A program made the translations under genes and the position numbers. Below, piece after piece: positions 1 through 10,310 of a stretch of DNA of 17,719 nucleotides; the stretch's first letter is position 1; every line of letters begins with the position of its first letter. The notes beneath the pieces were generated by a model. It was not told where the DNA came from and made no database searches. It was given only the letters and a program-made list of their open reading frames with translations. Source of the DNA: Paraspadella gotoi (taxonomy: Eukaryota > Animalia > Chaetognatha). The stretch spans positions 85,726 to 103,444 of the forward strand of contig JBJCIZ010000358.1 of assembly GCA_051294375.1 (NCBI GenBank). Direction: 5' to 3'.

Positions 1-43
1 CGGACTAAAAAGGTTTAGGATCGACTTTCGGAATTTGGTTCTA
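1..43 (-). mobile_element. Terminus of a DNA transposon copy (same family as 13228-14559), running off the window start
   Basis: Reverse complement of 18-43 (TAGAACCAAATTCCGAAAGTCGATCC) is identical to 13228-13253; similarity stops exactly at the TAG terminus. Confidence 0.7.
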
Positions 44-711
44 CTTAAGTGATTAATGATAAAAATATATGAAAATATACTGATTATATTTAATGATAGT
101 ATTAATTAATTAATATTTTTTATGGTAAACAGAAATGTAATAAATATAAATATTATATTTTCTGAATAAAACCTGTTATGAAAAAAGTATATAAACTTAA
201 TCTTATTAGAAAATAGTAATTAAATATAGTAAAAATAGTAATAATTTGATATAAATATGCATCATAAACATTTATATAAATTACTAATACATTGAAAATT
301 GAAGTACATCTTTAGTACATGTTTTTGCTGAACTTGTCTTTTGGGCTAAAAATAAATTTTGATGTTTGGATAAAATTGTTGAGTTAATTTAATAAAATAT
401 TAAGGTGTTTAATTATGCTAAGATTTTTTCCTGACGTCAATATATTATTTTCCCGCATTCTCATTAATTTACTCCTGGTTAGGATACCTTTTTGGAGAAT
501 TTATTAACATGTGACAGAAGTAGTAAGAGTACTGATTAGATGAGTATAAGTTGAGATTTTTGCGTGTGATAACTATCTTAAAGAAGACGCCTAACGTTTT
601 TAAATAAGTAGAAAATAGCAATCCATTTTTAATGTGTCGCTCTTTTAACCATTTACAGATTCATGATTAGGATTACTTAATAATTATAATAATAATTAAT
701 TACTGATACTT

Positions 712-758
712 CTCAAGTTCCCTTGGAGGCGTGGGTTCGAAGTTCCCATCGAGTGCCA
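712..758 (+). pseudogene. Degenerate 3' half of tRNA-Leu (variable arm, T arm, acceptor strand)
   Basis: CTCAAGTTCCCTTGGAGGCGTGGGTTCGAAGTTCCCATCGAGTGCCA resembles eukaryotic tRNA-Leu(AAG/TAG) CTCCAGTCTCTTCGGAGGCGTGGGTTCGAATCCCACCGCTGCCA; no D arm or A box upstream. Confidence 0.7.
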
Positions 759-1988
759 CACACATTAAGTAAGCGCAAGACGCAGGGATTTCAAATGAGA
801 TCTCCAACAGTGGATTTTATGGCGTCGCGCCAGAATCCGTTCGAAATCCATTCCAGGAATTGTCTTCGTCTCGCGGAATCCCTCATTCCTTAATCCTTTT
901 CTTCTGTTTCCGGTTTTTTCATAAGCTTGTGGATGAATTAGGTTTAGGGTTTTTTTATCACTAAATATTATCACTTTACTTTGATAAAATGACTCTAATT
1001 GTTAGATTGAAATTTTTGCTTCGAACAAGTTTGATGTATTCATATTACAGAGTTAGTAGTTAAAACAACTTTAGTGAATAGTTAAGGTTATAATGAAGGG
1101 AGCGTCTTATGATATTCTTATTATATGGTTTATGATAATTTTGTTTTTTTGGTTTTTTTTAGTTGGGTTTTTGTGGTGGGTTTTTAAGATGCCCTGATCG
1201 GCTAGCTAATTTTTTTTTCATTCTTTGTTTTTTTGAGAAAATCGATCAATAAGTGCTTGCGACTCTTTTTCAGAATATTTGCAAAAAAAAGGTTTTTTCT
1301 TCATTAAATTTTAAATGATGCTTAAAACAATATCGAGTCCGGAATATTTTGAACTGCGTCAACTTAATAGCAGGCAGGAAAAAATTACTTTTCATTACAT
1401 ACTTTATATTTTTAAAAATACAAAATACTTTCATTATTGCATGTTTAAAAACGAATTCTCGAGGCAGTTTTTAAGTGACTTTTGTTTTTCACCTTTGTAG
1501 CTTTGAATAATTGTAAATAATGTTTAATAACAGAGTAACAAGCTTTGGGCTTTCTATTGGCCGTACATAGGTATTAGTTTGTTAATTTGTACAGCGATGA
1601 TAATTGCTTAATTCGTAAAAAAATTTAAATAATATTTATTTATTATGTTTTGTGTGCGTGCTTACAATTTTGGAAATGTTGTCATTAAATTTCCTATTCA
1701 ATATCTGAAAGAACATCAAAGCTTTTATTTCTGGAGGATCTCCAGTTTATTACGATTTTTGGTGTTTTTGTAATGTATACATTAATAATGTTAGATATGG
1801 TGTGGATTAATTGGAATTTTAGCAACTTTTAAAACGGATTATTTCTTAAAAATAGAGATACAAAAATGTAGTTCTACTTATTGAGCCTTAGAACAAATTT
1901 CTAAAAAATAAAAAAAATAAAAATTTATAATAAAAAATAAGACAAAGTTTGAAGAGAGATTTAACAACGATTTTTATTTCATAGTGAA

Positions 1989-2028
1989 ACGGGCATTTTT
2001 TGACTCACATACGTGTCTTCTTCAGCGC
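1989..2028 (-). ncRNA. Degenerate minimal type I hammerhead ribozyme
   Basis: Minus strand: GCG-CTGAAGA-A-GAC-ACGTATGTGA-GTC-AAAAAATGCC-CGT; CUGANGA box and stems I/II are present, but the GAAA box reads AAAA and the cleavage triplet is decayed. Confidence 0.55.
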
Positions 2029-2174
2029 CAATTCAATTTGTGAATTTGAAGAGAATTTTGTGCATAAAGAAAGAGAGAGACAGAGCAAAGTTTCCAACAC
2101 AGGATAGTGTTCAGTTTTTTTATTATTAGGGACAGGTGAAGGTGAGGACAGAGATAGTTTGTGAAAAGAAATTG

Positions 2175-2179
<5 letters not shown>

Positions 2180-2215
<36 letters not shown>
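2180..2215. repeat. (GA)n microsatellite
   Basis: Direct reading; source of the spurious SLSLSL ORFs. Confidence 0.95.
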
Positions 2216-2218
<3 letters not shown>

Positions 2219-3320
2219 TGCTTGAAAATATAATACATACATACAAAAACATAATAAAAAATAAATAAAACAGATTATTAATTTTTTTTTATAAAAATAT
2301 ATGATATATAATTAAAACTTAAACTCAAATAAAGTAACAGGTATATATATATTAGTTGAGTGCTTTAATTCAATCTCATATTCAACTTTTAATAGTAATA
2401 TTATTTGTTATTATTTATAAAAAACTATTATTTTTTTTTAAATTTATCATTAAAAAATGTTAAAATCATTTTCTGAACTTTAATTTTATAATATTTACCC
2501 ACTTTATCCTCATTCCCAATCCTTTAAAGTCGTAGTTTGACTAAAGCTTACAGGGTTTGGCAGATTTTTTAAAATGATTTTAGATCCTAATAATTTGAGA
2601 TTGGACGAATGCGGAATAAAACCGGTAACATTTTTAGAACCTGTTTAATCTCAGCTTTCAGTGAAAAAATTTAAATGGAAAACGCGATAGTGAGCACTTT
2701 TTAAAAAACTACCTTCCAAATATGTAATTTAAGTAGACATCCTAACCCTAACCTGCTTTCAAAAAGTATAGAATAATCCTTACTTTTTATATCACTTATC
2801 AGATTTTAAGAGCAAGATCTTTGCACAACGAATTACTAAGTTATAATCGGAATTTAAAACACTGCAAAGGCTCTTAGAATATTAGTTAATTTAAAAGTGA
2901 CAAGCATTCACAACCAGAAATAGCAAAATTTAATTCTTGATCATTTTTTTAATTTGATCTAAAATAAAACAACATTAACTTCAAGAAAAATTTAACAGTG
3001 TGGGAAGAGCCAACGAGTATAGAGTAGGGAGGACATTTATTATGTATGAGGTAAAACATTGAAGAGACATATCACTAGTGAATATGTTGAAAACATAGGA
3101 GCATAACTGTGTACAGGCTTCGAAAGCTGGAAACCGGTTGTGTCTCTCGTTGCGACGGCCACGACACGGAAGAACCACACTCTCGGATTGCGAAGGACCC
3201 GTTGACGAGATCCGAGACAATGATGAGACTACTGAGGTCATGTGGTCCGTTGAGGGAAAAGCAGAGTCGAGGTAACTCCGGGCTCCCTCAGACTAGGTTT
3301 GTTAAATTATGATAAATCCG

Positions 3321-4197
3321 CTAGTACACACATCTCTCCACGGCAATACCTTTCATTTTAAGAGCGCGATCGAGTTTTCTTCGTCCCTGATTTTTCTTCA
3401 AGCTCTCATGCCGCTTAACAACTAGAATTGCCGTTTCTCTAATCTGTTGATCCTCTTTTCGTAGTTTAACAGCTAAATCATTGGTAGTTTTTATCCCACG
3501 TTCACAACTGTCATTTACTACTGCTAAATTTGAAACAATTTTTTTAAATATTTTGTACCCTTCAAAATCTTCCCATTGAAGAACAGGTTTAAGCAACCAA
3601 TCCATGCAAATATTTTGTCTTTTGAAAATGAATAAAGAATTTTCATTAATTCGTGAACTTAACGTTGTTTGACTTGAAACAGCTTTCATTTCAGGTCGGC
3701 CTAAAGTTAATTTTCCTTTTTCATATTTTATTATTTCTTGAGCAATAGCTTGTTTTTCTTGAGTTTTAACTAAGCCAGAACAGAGGGCTAAAGGTGTTAA
3801 TTCAGCGGTAATATACCATAAGTGTTGGTTCATTTTTTTAAGTACAATATTAGATATTTCATTATCTATTTCTGACCAATGGCATAAATCTTTATATAGC
3901 TTAATGGTGTTATGCGGTGCATCAGCTGCGTTTTTGCAATTAAACCACTGGTATATATATATAATACGATAGCTTTTTCTTCCAAATCAAGAGGAACTTC
4001 ATCTATCAATAAAGCAGTTTTAAAAAGAACTATAATCTTTGCCATCCACCTTGCATTTGAAATTGCTCCAATCTTGCGTATAGGTTTAAATAGTTTTTCG
4101 CAATTAATATCTGCAAAATGTTTTATTTTAACAAAATTTTATTTAGAAACAGAAAAAATAAATAAATCTTACCAATGTTAACTCAATAACTTCTTTA
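3321..4197 (-). pseudogene. C-terminal part of a hAT-superfamily (hATm/hATw-like) transposase, frameshifted, with a 62-bp intron; 5' part lost in the gap
   Basis: Manual translation: KEVIELTL | intron 4172-4111 GTAAG...TTTTGCAG | KPIRKIGAISNARWMAKIIVLFKTALL ... YQWFNCKNAADAPHNTIKLYKDL ... KKMNQHLWYITAELTPLAL ... LAVVNDSCERGIK. GAxxxARWMAK, HLWY and VVNDxxERG are motifs I recognise from this transposase group. Two frameshifts (~4105, ~3960). Confidence 0.8.
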
Positions 4198-4275
4198 NNN
4201 NNNNNNNAAAAAATAGGAAAAAATTAGAAGTATATAGGACTAATTTGTACTATAGTGCTAAATTCTGTAAAAAAA

Positions 4276-4620
4276 NNNNNNNNNNNNNNNNNNNNNNNNN
4301 NNNNNNNNNNNNNNNNNNNNNNNNNNNNNNNNNNNNNNNNNNNNNNNNNNNNNNNNNNNNNNNNNNNNNNNNNNNNNNNNNNNNNNNNNNNNNNNNNNNN
4401 NNNNNNNNNNNNNNNNNNNNNNNNNNNNNNNNNNNNNNNNNNNNNNNNNNNNNNNNNNNNNNNNNNNNNNNNNNNNNNNNNNNNNNNNNNNNNNNNNNNN
4501 NNNNNNNNNNNNNNNNNNNNNNNNNNNNNNNNNNNNNNNNNNNNNNNNNNNNNNNNNNNNNNNNNNNNNNNNNNNNNNNNNNNNNNNNNNNNNNNNNNNN
4601 NNNNNNNNNNNNNNNNNNNN
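4276..4620. other. Assembly gap (N run); a second 10-bp gap lies at 4198-4207
   Basis: N characters; the poly-X ORFs are artefacts. Confidence 1.
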
Positions 4621-4709
4621 CGATAATTCTTTTAATTTGTGATCCTAACTGATCAGAACAGATCGTACCAATACATGTAAAGAATTTTTTTAATCATTAT
4701 TATTTTTTT

Positions 4710-4841
4710 AACTGGCATCATTTTTTCAACTCGCATCATTTTTTCAACTCGCATCATTTTTTCAACTGGCATCATTTTTTTAACTTGAATAATATTTTTA
4801 ACTTGCATCATTTTTTCAACTTACATCATTTTTCAACTTGC
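4710..4841. repeat. Minisatellite, ~18-bp unit AACTCGCATCATTTTTTC, about 7 copies
   Basis: Direct reading of tandem units. Confidence 0.9.
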
Positions 4842-4842
4842 A

Positions 4843-5025
4843 AAGCGATTGCGACGATATTGCTGTGGTTTTGCGCATAAGTGGCGTCGTCGTCGTCGTC
4901 GTCGTCGTCGGCGTTCCAAATTATAGATCGCCTTTTTTATGATTAAATTTGGGTGTATGAAGCTGAAAATTTATATACAGCTTCTCATCATCGATGTCCT
5001 TAAAATTGAGTCAGGACAGTTATTA
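4843..5025 (+). mobile_element. HINE/DINE-1-like (non-autonomous Helentron) 5' region with (GTC)n microsatellite
   Basis: GCGATTGCGACGAT followed by (GTC)8 at ~4886-4909 and GCTGAAAATTTATATACAGC. The motif recurs as GCGATTGCGATGAT at 7239-7252 before a T run, like a 3' subTIR. Confidence 0.45.
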
Positions 5026-5423
5026 AATATTTTGTTTACGTTTTATCAAAACAAACAAATTTTCTCTTTTATTTTTATATTTCTTTTTCTCTCTCTTTTC
5101 TCTTTTAATTATATGTCTATCTCCCTCTCTCTTTTCCCTAGTCACTGATTCATAGGGGAAAAAACGAGTCTGCAGCTGTTTCTGCAGGGGCTAATTTTTT
5201 TTCTCTTTTCTCCTGCTGCCTTTTGATTTCTTTCTTTTTTTCTGGGTGCTTCTGCTGCTGCCGCTGCTGATTCGTCCGAAAACGATTTGCTTCTTTCTCT
5301 CTCTGATTAATTTTTTTCCTCTAAAAACTTTTATTATCGTCATTTATTCCCAAATTTACATCCGAGATTTTCATGGATTTTTTTCTAAATATTCTAAATA
5401 TCAATCAGAATAATTATTATTAT

Positions 5424-6170
5424 TGAATTTAAATAAGTTCGGAGAAGTGGCGCCTTTGAATTCTAACTGACTGGACTAATTCTGCGCATTGAAGACGAAA
5501 TAAATTCGGGTATAAATGGCGCAGAAGAGACGATGGCGCCGGTCAAGACGCCCTGGAGATGACGACGACAAAGTCTCAGTAGACGACGTCGGCTAAGGCC
5601 GAAATGACGACGAACTACAAAGCCAGGACTTGACAAAGTGTCGGTGATGTCTGATGAAGAGTAGAGAGGAGAGTGAGTTGTAGTTAGAAGTCCTGGGCAA
5701 GGAATACAAAACATTTAGTACAAACTCAGCAAATATATATAAATTTAAAGTGTCTTTCTTACTTGTTTCTGAAGCCAATATTAACCAAAAAAGAATTGCT
5801 TCTCTCATAGAAAAGTCCACAAACCAGCGATCACACAAAAAATAAGATTCCGAGATATATGATAAGAGAGTTTAAATGCTCTGAAAAGAACTAAAAACCC
5901 AGTGACAACTTTGAGATCTGAAGATACCACGTGGCACATAATTCGATCAGAATCAAATCGAAATCTAGGGCACCAATCAGAATCAGCTGTACACTGCCTT
6001 CGGAAATCTGTACTTAAGTATAAACAAAAAGAGAGAGCCTAAAGATGTCGTGGCGATCGCTAGAAACGGAGGCATTTTCGATGTCAGTAAAAAAGAACAA
6101 AAGAGCATTGGGAGAAAAGATAGAGAATGCTGGATTTCCTCGTAATATAAAAGATAGTTATTTCGTAACA
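5424..6170 (+). mobile_element. LTR-like segment, candidate solo LTR of a Gypsy-type retrotransposon
   Basis: TG...CA boundaries ending in CGTAACA (common Gypsy LTR end), TATAAA at 5511-5516 and higher GC than the flanks. ATTAT flanks both sides, but within an (ATT)n run, so TSD support is weak; the 5' end does not mirror TGTTACG. Confidence 0.5.
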
Positions 6171-6539
6171 ATTATTATTATTATTTATTATTTTATTTTA
6201 CTTCATTTTAATTCATTTTAGTCTTTACTTCACTTCGTCAGTCTGATTCAAGTTTCACTTTGTCTTTTGTCTGGGACTGTTGACAGTGTTTAAAGAGGTC
6301 GCATTCGATCAAACTGCTCGCTTATGCGGGCTAAAAGTAAAACAAAATTACCTTCAACAATGTCTCTCCGGATTTAGCACTTGCTAAAAATTAAACTCAA
6401 AAATAGGTTATTTTACTGTTATATATTTATCATTTTTTTTATTCTTTTCTGTTTATAAATTAATTTTCTTTTCTCAAATTTGATTTTTTTAGTATCAAAA
6501 TTCAGATTTTTCTTATTTCTTTTTTTAGTATCAAAATTG

Positions 6540-7142
6540 TTCTTTCTTTCCTTTCTATTCTTTCTTTCCTTTCTATTCTTTCTTTCTATTCCATTCTTTT
6601 TTTTCTTTCTATTTTTTCTTTTCTTTCTATTCTTTCTTTCCTTTCTATTTTTTCTTTCCTTTATAGAAGACGAAAATATGAGAAAATAAAGGTAGGAAAA
6701 AAGGTGAAGAATTGTGACAATGTAAGAGAAGCAGAAAAGAAGTGAGACAAGCTCTCTCCTGATCCAATTTTATCATCGCCCGGACCAACTTGACCTTACG
6801 GTCGCCTCAGCCCTATTACTATGTCCGGTCAATCTAAGGTCATTGAAAAGCTAGGGCAAAGTGACCGTGTGGATAGACCGGATAGAGAGAGATAGAGATA
6901 GAAAGAGAGGAAGGGTTTAGAGAGAGAGACCGGTGGTAAGTCGCCTCACCTTTCTATTTTTTCTTTTCTTTCTATTTTTTCTTTTCTTTCTATTCTTTAT
7001 TTTTTTTCAATTCTTTCTTTTATTTCTATTCTTTCTTTCATTTTTATTATTTCTTTCCTTTTTATTCTTTCTTTCCTTTCTATTCTTTCTTTCCTTTCTA
7101 TTCTTTCTTTCTTTCCTTTTTATTCTTTTTTTATATTTATTC
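6540..7142. repeat. 18-bp pyrimidine minisatellite (TTCTTTCTTTCCTTTCTA) interrupted by an unrelated ~285-bp insert at ~6664-6948
   Basis: Tandem units at 6540-6663 and 6950-7142; flanking block ~6445-6514 is duplicated at ~7155-7237. Explains the F/L-rich ORFs. Confidence 0.85.
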
Positions 7143-7696
7143 TTTTCTTCTTTTTTTTCTGTTTATTAATTAATTTTATTTTCTCAAATTTGATTTTGTT
7201 TAATATCAAAATTTGTCGTCAATCCAGATTTTTCTTATGCGATTGCGATGATCCTTTTCCTTTTATGATTTTTTTATCATTAAAAACAGGTAGAGATAAT
7301 TTTAACCAATCCCTAGTTCGGCCCAATTTGTATTGTGATACAAATTAAATTGATATTTTATGTAACAACTGAACATTGAACATATTGGTTTTTTTGCTAA
7401 ATGCGACGTTTGTAAGCGGAACCCTAAGCAATGAAAAACCCAGATCAAATATATCTTTTTACAATAATGAATTTTAGCGGTTTCTTTTTTGTCACTTGTT
7501 TTAGGGATAAGAAAACATATTCATTGACTGATTGAGGAAAAAAATTAAAAATTAAATATTTTTAATGGTTTCTTTATAAGCTATAAATAGAATGGAGTAA
7601 ACTATAAATTATGAAATTAAAAAGTAGAATAAATTTTTGTTTAAAGTATTATTTTTAAAAAATAAACTAGCTATATTTTTTATTTTTTATATTTTA

Positions 7697-7738
7697 TTAA
7701 TCCTGGGGTCGTGGGTTCGAGCCCCACATTGGGCGCCA
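7697..7738 (+). pseudogene. 3' half of tRNA-Lys(CTT) including genomic CCA
   Basis: TTAATCCTGGGGTCGTGGGTTCGAGCCCCACATTGGGCGCCA versus eukaryotic tRNA-Lys(CTT) TTAATCTCAGGGTCGTGGGTTCGAGCCCCACGTTGGGCG+CCA; 5' half absent. Confidence 0.9.
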
Positions 7739-8026
7739 CTCTATCTGGGATGGGGGTAATCTGGGTCTAACTAACGAAGGCAAAAAGAAGGCAAAAATGT
7801 GGGAAAACGTGTATGTACTACTAAAAAGTTAAAAAAAGGTGTACAAAAACGGGAGGGAAAATCGGAAGGAGCGGAGAGGAGAAAGTAAGAGAGAGAAGGT
7901 GAAAACGAGAAGTGAAAAACTGGGTGAGCCTCGAGCCCTGGGTGCTAGGAGGAGGAAGAGGAGGGTGAATGCGTGGATGACGAGACACGAGACTCGCGCT
8001 CGGGCTGGTTTGGTCGTTGATTAAGA

Positions 8027-8910
8027 CACTATTTTAAAAAATTTGAACCACTTAATTGAAAGTAGGGGACAAATTACAGCATGAGAAGTCCGAAACCCTA
8101 ATTTTTTTTTGTTATAACAATAAAAGCTATGAAAAAAAAATTCATTTTTTGGTCCTTATCCTGTATTTACTATCTAGGAAAAAAGTTAGAAACATTTTTT
8201 TAAAGTTATTTATTCAATAAAAAATATACAAAACATGGGTAAAACATTCTCATATTTGGTATGCCCTCCCTCGGCATGACCACTGCCTGCATTCGTCTGG
8301 GCATGCTCTCGTAAAGCTGACACACCAAATGTTTTTGATTTGTTGTATCGCCGTAAAAAATTTTGCAATGGTGGAACAGGGATTCCAAGTCTATTGCTGA
8401 TGAATTGTTGCGTCTTTCCCTCTTTTTCTCAGAGCTACAATTGCACCTTTATGAACCAAAGAGAGGGGCTGTCTATTCGGCATAACCAAATTTAAAAAAA
8501 ATTGAAAAAAATAACTAACTCAATTTGAAATAAAACAAATAAATTCAATACCAAGAATGTGGAAAACTAAAGGCGATTTTTTCCGCCATTTTTCACTAGA
8601 GTAGCCAATATTATTTTGCCTCTAACTTCTATACGGTTGGATCTACGAAAAAATGGAAGGAAGCAACTGAAAGGAAATTTAGTGTAGAATCTGAAACATC
8701 CTGATTTTTTAAAAATCGAGCAAGTTTTCGAGTAGATATCCTCATTAAAAAATGTTTCTAAACTTTTTCCTAGATAGTAGTCATATCTTTCATACCATAT
8801 AAGATTTTGCATTAATATTTTTTGGACTTATCTAAAAAAACATGATGTTTCAGACAACCTATTCAAAGGCAAGATTTAAAGTCACCGAATTTTTTTTATT
8901 TCTGCATAGT
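8027..8910 (-). mobile_element. Internally deleted, decayed Tc1/mariner transposon
   Basis: Inverted repeat 8167-8202 / 8747-8779 (TACTATCTAGGAAAAA-GTTAGAAACATTTTTT); Tc1-like end CACTATTTTAAAAAATTTGAACCAC at 8027; transposase remnant inside. Outer boundaries approximate. Confidence 0.65.
8250..8483 (-). pseudogene. Tc1 transposase remnant (N-terminal HTH fused to extreme C-terminus)
   Basis: With frameshifts: MPNRQPLSLVHKGAIVALRK..GKTQQFISNRLGIP.STIAKF.RRYN, then QLYESMPRRMQAVV.AEGGHTKY, matching the Tc1 C-terminal LxxSMPRRxxAVIxAKGGxTKY motif. Confidence 0.8.
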
Positions 8911-9513
8911 CTCCGCCACGTTAACTTGCATCGTGTCATATATCGTTTAATTTGTTTAGTTAAATCCCTTTAAAGCGATTAACTAGGAGTCGACGTCGTT
9001 TTAGAGATCGAGGAAGATTTTTTCAATGGAGATTATCATTCAAATCTGGGAAAAATTCCGATAAAAAATTAATGTAAAAAGACTCGATTCAAATCCTGTT
9101 GCATCTGAAGGGCTGGCATTTTTTTTCTCTTCATGATTTACTATAAACTTCAAATTCAGGATTCCGATAGCCATATGTCTGAAGGGCTCTCAAAATTTTT
9201 CTTTACATTTTATTTAGTTATTTTAATATGATACGATCATTGTAAAATGAATTAGTCCATTTTGGTGAAATTTTTATTGAAAGTAAAAGTAAGAGGAGCT
9301 AACGATCGGAATTTTCAACCGGGAGTCACATTCGGGAAAAATCTTCTATGGCGAAAATCTTCTAAAGAAGGGGTGGATTATCCGAAGATTTTGATTTTTG
9401 TTTAATATTTTCTATATTTATGATCGGATTTTTTTGAAACTTAACAATAGCAATATTGCCATCATTCTACATTGGCCGGTAAAAGAATATATTTAAACAA
9501 GTTTGAGCAAACG

Positions 9514-9541
9514 ATGTCGGATCTGCCCAGGATCATTATCG
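9514..9541 (+). CDS. FARSA: Probable first coding exon of phenylalanine--tRNA ligase alpha subunit (MSDLPRIII, phase 1)
   Basis: ATG in AAACGATG context, GC-richer than flanks, followed by a GTAATT donor; phase-compatible with the exon at 10016. Confidence 0.5.
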
Positions 9542-9542
9542 G

Positions 9543-9652
9543 TAATTAATTAATTAATTAGGCAATTAATTAATTTGATCTGAAATGTTTGTTTTGATTG
9601 ATTAATTATTAATTAATTAATTAATTAACTGATTAATTATTTGATTAATTAA
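9543..9652. repeat. (TAAT)n degenerate microsatellite
   Basis: Direct reading. Confidence 0.85.
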
Positions 9653-9699
9653 TACATTTTGCATTTACATTTAATATAAAAGGAAAAAGAAGCATAATC

Positions 9700-9736
9700 G
9701 AGTCGGGATCTGCTTATCAGCAGATCCGACTAAAAA
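9700..9736 (-). mobile_element. HINE-like 5' terminal hairpin (truncated), same family as 10587
   Basis: Minus strand TTTTTAGTCGGATCTGCT-GATA-AGCAGATCCCGACT matches 10587-10620. Confidence 0.55.
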
Positions 9737-10015
9737 CCTCTGGCTTTTTTCGTCAGAGCTTAGTTCTATTTATAGATGTTTATTGTTTAGATATGTTTTA
9801 CAAAAATGCAAAAATGCAACAATTTTCAGATTTAGAATGAATTTATTCTTCAACAAGGTTTTAAACAATAACAATGGTAAGCTCAAATGCTAAGTCTATT
9901 ACCAGGGTATTAACAATGTCAAAAGTTTAACAATGGAGGCAGAGGGAGAGAAAGACGAGTTTTGTGAGGTTTTTTGTCATCGTTGTTTATCCACAATATT
10001 TCTATTATTCAACAG

Positions 10016-10243
10016 CCATGCAGGCGGGATGGATTTCAATTGACAAGTCTGATCCTTCGGGGCCTCGGATCCGGAAGACGACTTTGAAGATCGAAGATGG
10101 AGTCCAGGCGGCGCTGAGGGGAATCGCTGAGATGCGGCTTGACGTTGAAGATAAAACCAAAGCAGAACTTAAAAAGCGGAAGCTTCTTGTCGATACGGAG
10201 CTCAAATTTTATGAGATCAGCAAGGGTCCCAGTTTCGGCACAG
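10016..10243 (+). CDS. FARSA: Phenylalanine--tRNA ligase alpha subunit, internal exon
   Basis: AMQAGWISIDKSDPSGPRI...EDGVQAAL...KAELKKRKLL...YEISKGPSFGT aligns with the FARSA N-terminal region; bounded by CAACAG and GTGAGA. Confidence 0.9.
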
Positions 10244-10310
10244 GTGAGAAATACTATAATATCCTTGGATTTAATTTAATTGGATTTAAGAAAGAGTTGT
10301 CGTCACTAAG

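Larger units (their letters stand above)
1958..2250 (-). mobile_element. Penelope-like element pseudo-LTR/3' UTR fragment
   Basis: Visibly similar to 15630-15960 (ACAACGA-TTTT-ATTT-CATAG, TTTGTGAA-TTTG, TTTCCAACACAG, GGACAGGT-AA--GAGGACAGA) and carries a hammerhead remnant at the homologous position. Confidence 0.7.

Noticed and set aside
1889-1901. TAGAACAAATTTC as the terminus of the hAT element carrying the transposase
   Set aside because: Similarity to the 13228 terminus is too short in AT-rich DNA, and no TSD can be tested.
2741-2753. Telomeric CCTAACCCTAACC (also TTAGGTTTAGGG near 938)
   Set aside because: Only about two units; not distinguishable from TE-internal or chance sequence.
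4245-4652. Long ORFs in the ORF track
   Set aside because: They span the N gap.
4710-4841. CRISPR-like repeat array
   Set aside because: Units are contiguous without unique spacers, and the context is eukaryotic.
5448-5460. TGGCGCC as a primer-binding site
   Set aside because: The tRNA match is only 7 nt and is not preceded by an identifiable LTR end.
5651-5690. CTGATGAAGAG hammerhead-like box (also CTGAAGA near 5919)
   Set aside because: No stem II closed by GAAA.
6480-7169. F/L-rich ORFs resembling membrane proteins
   Set aside because: Translations of the 18-bp pyrimidine minisatellite.
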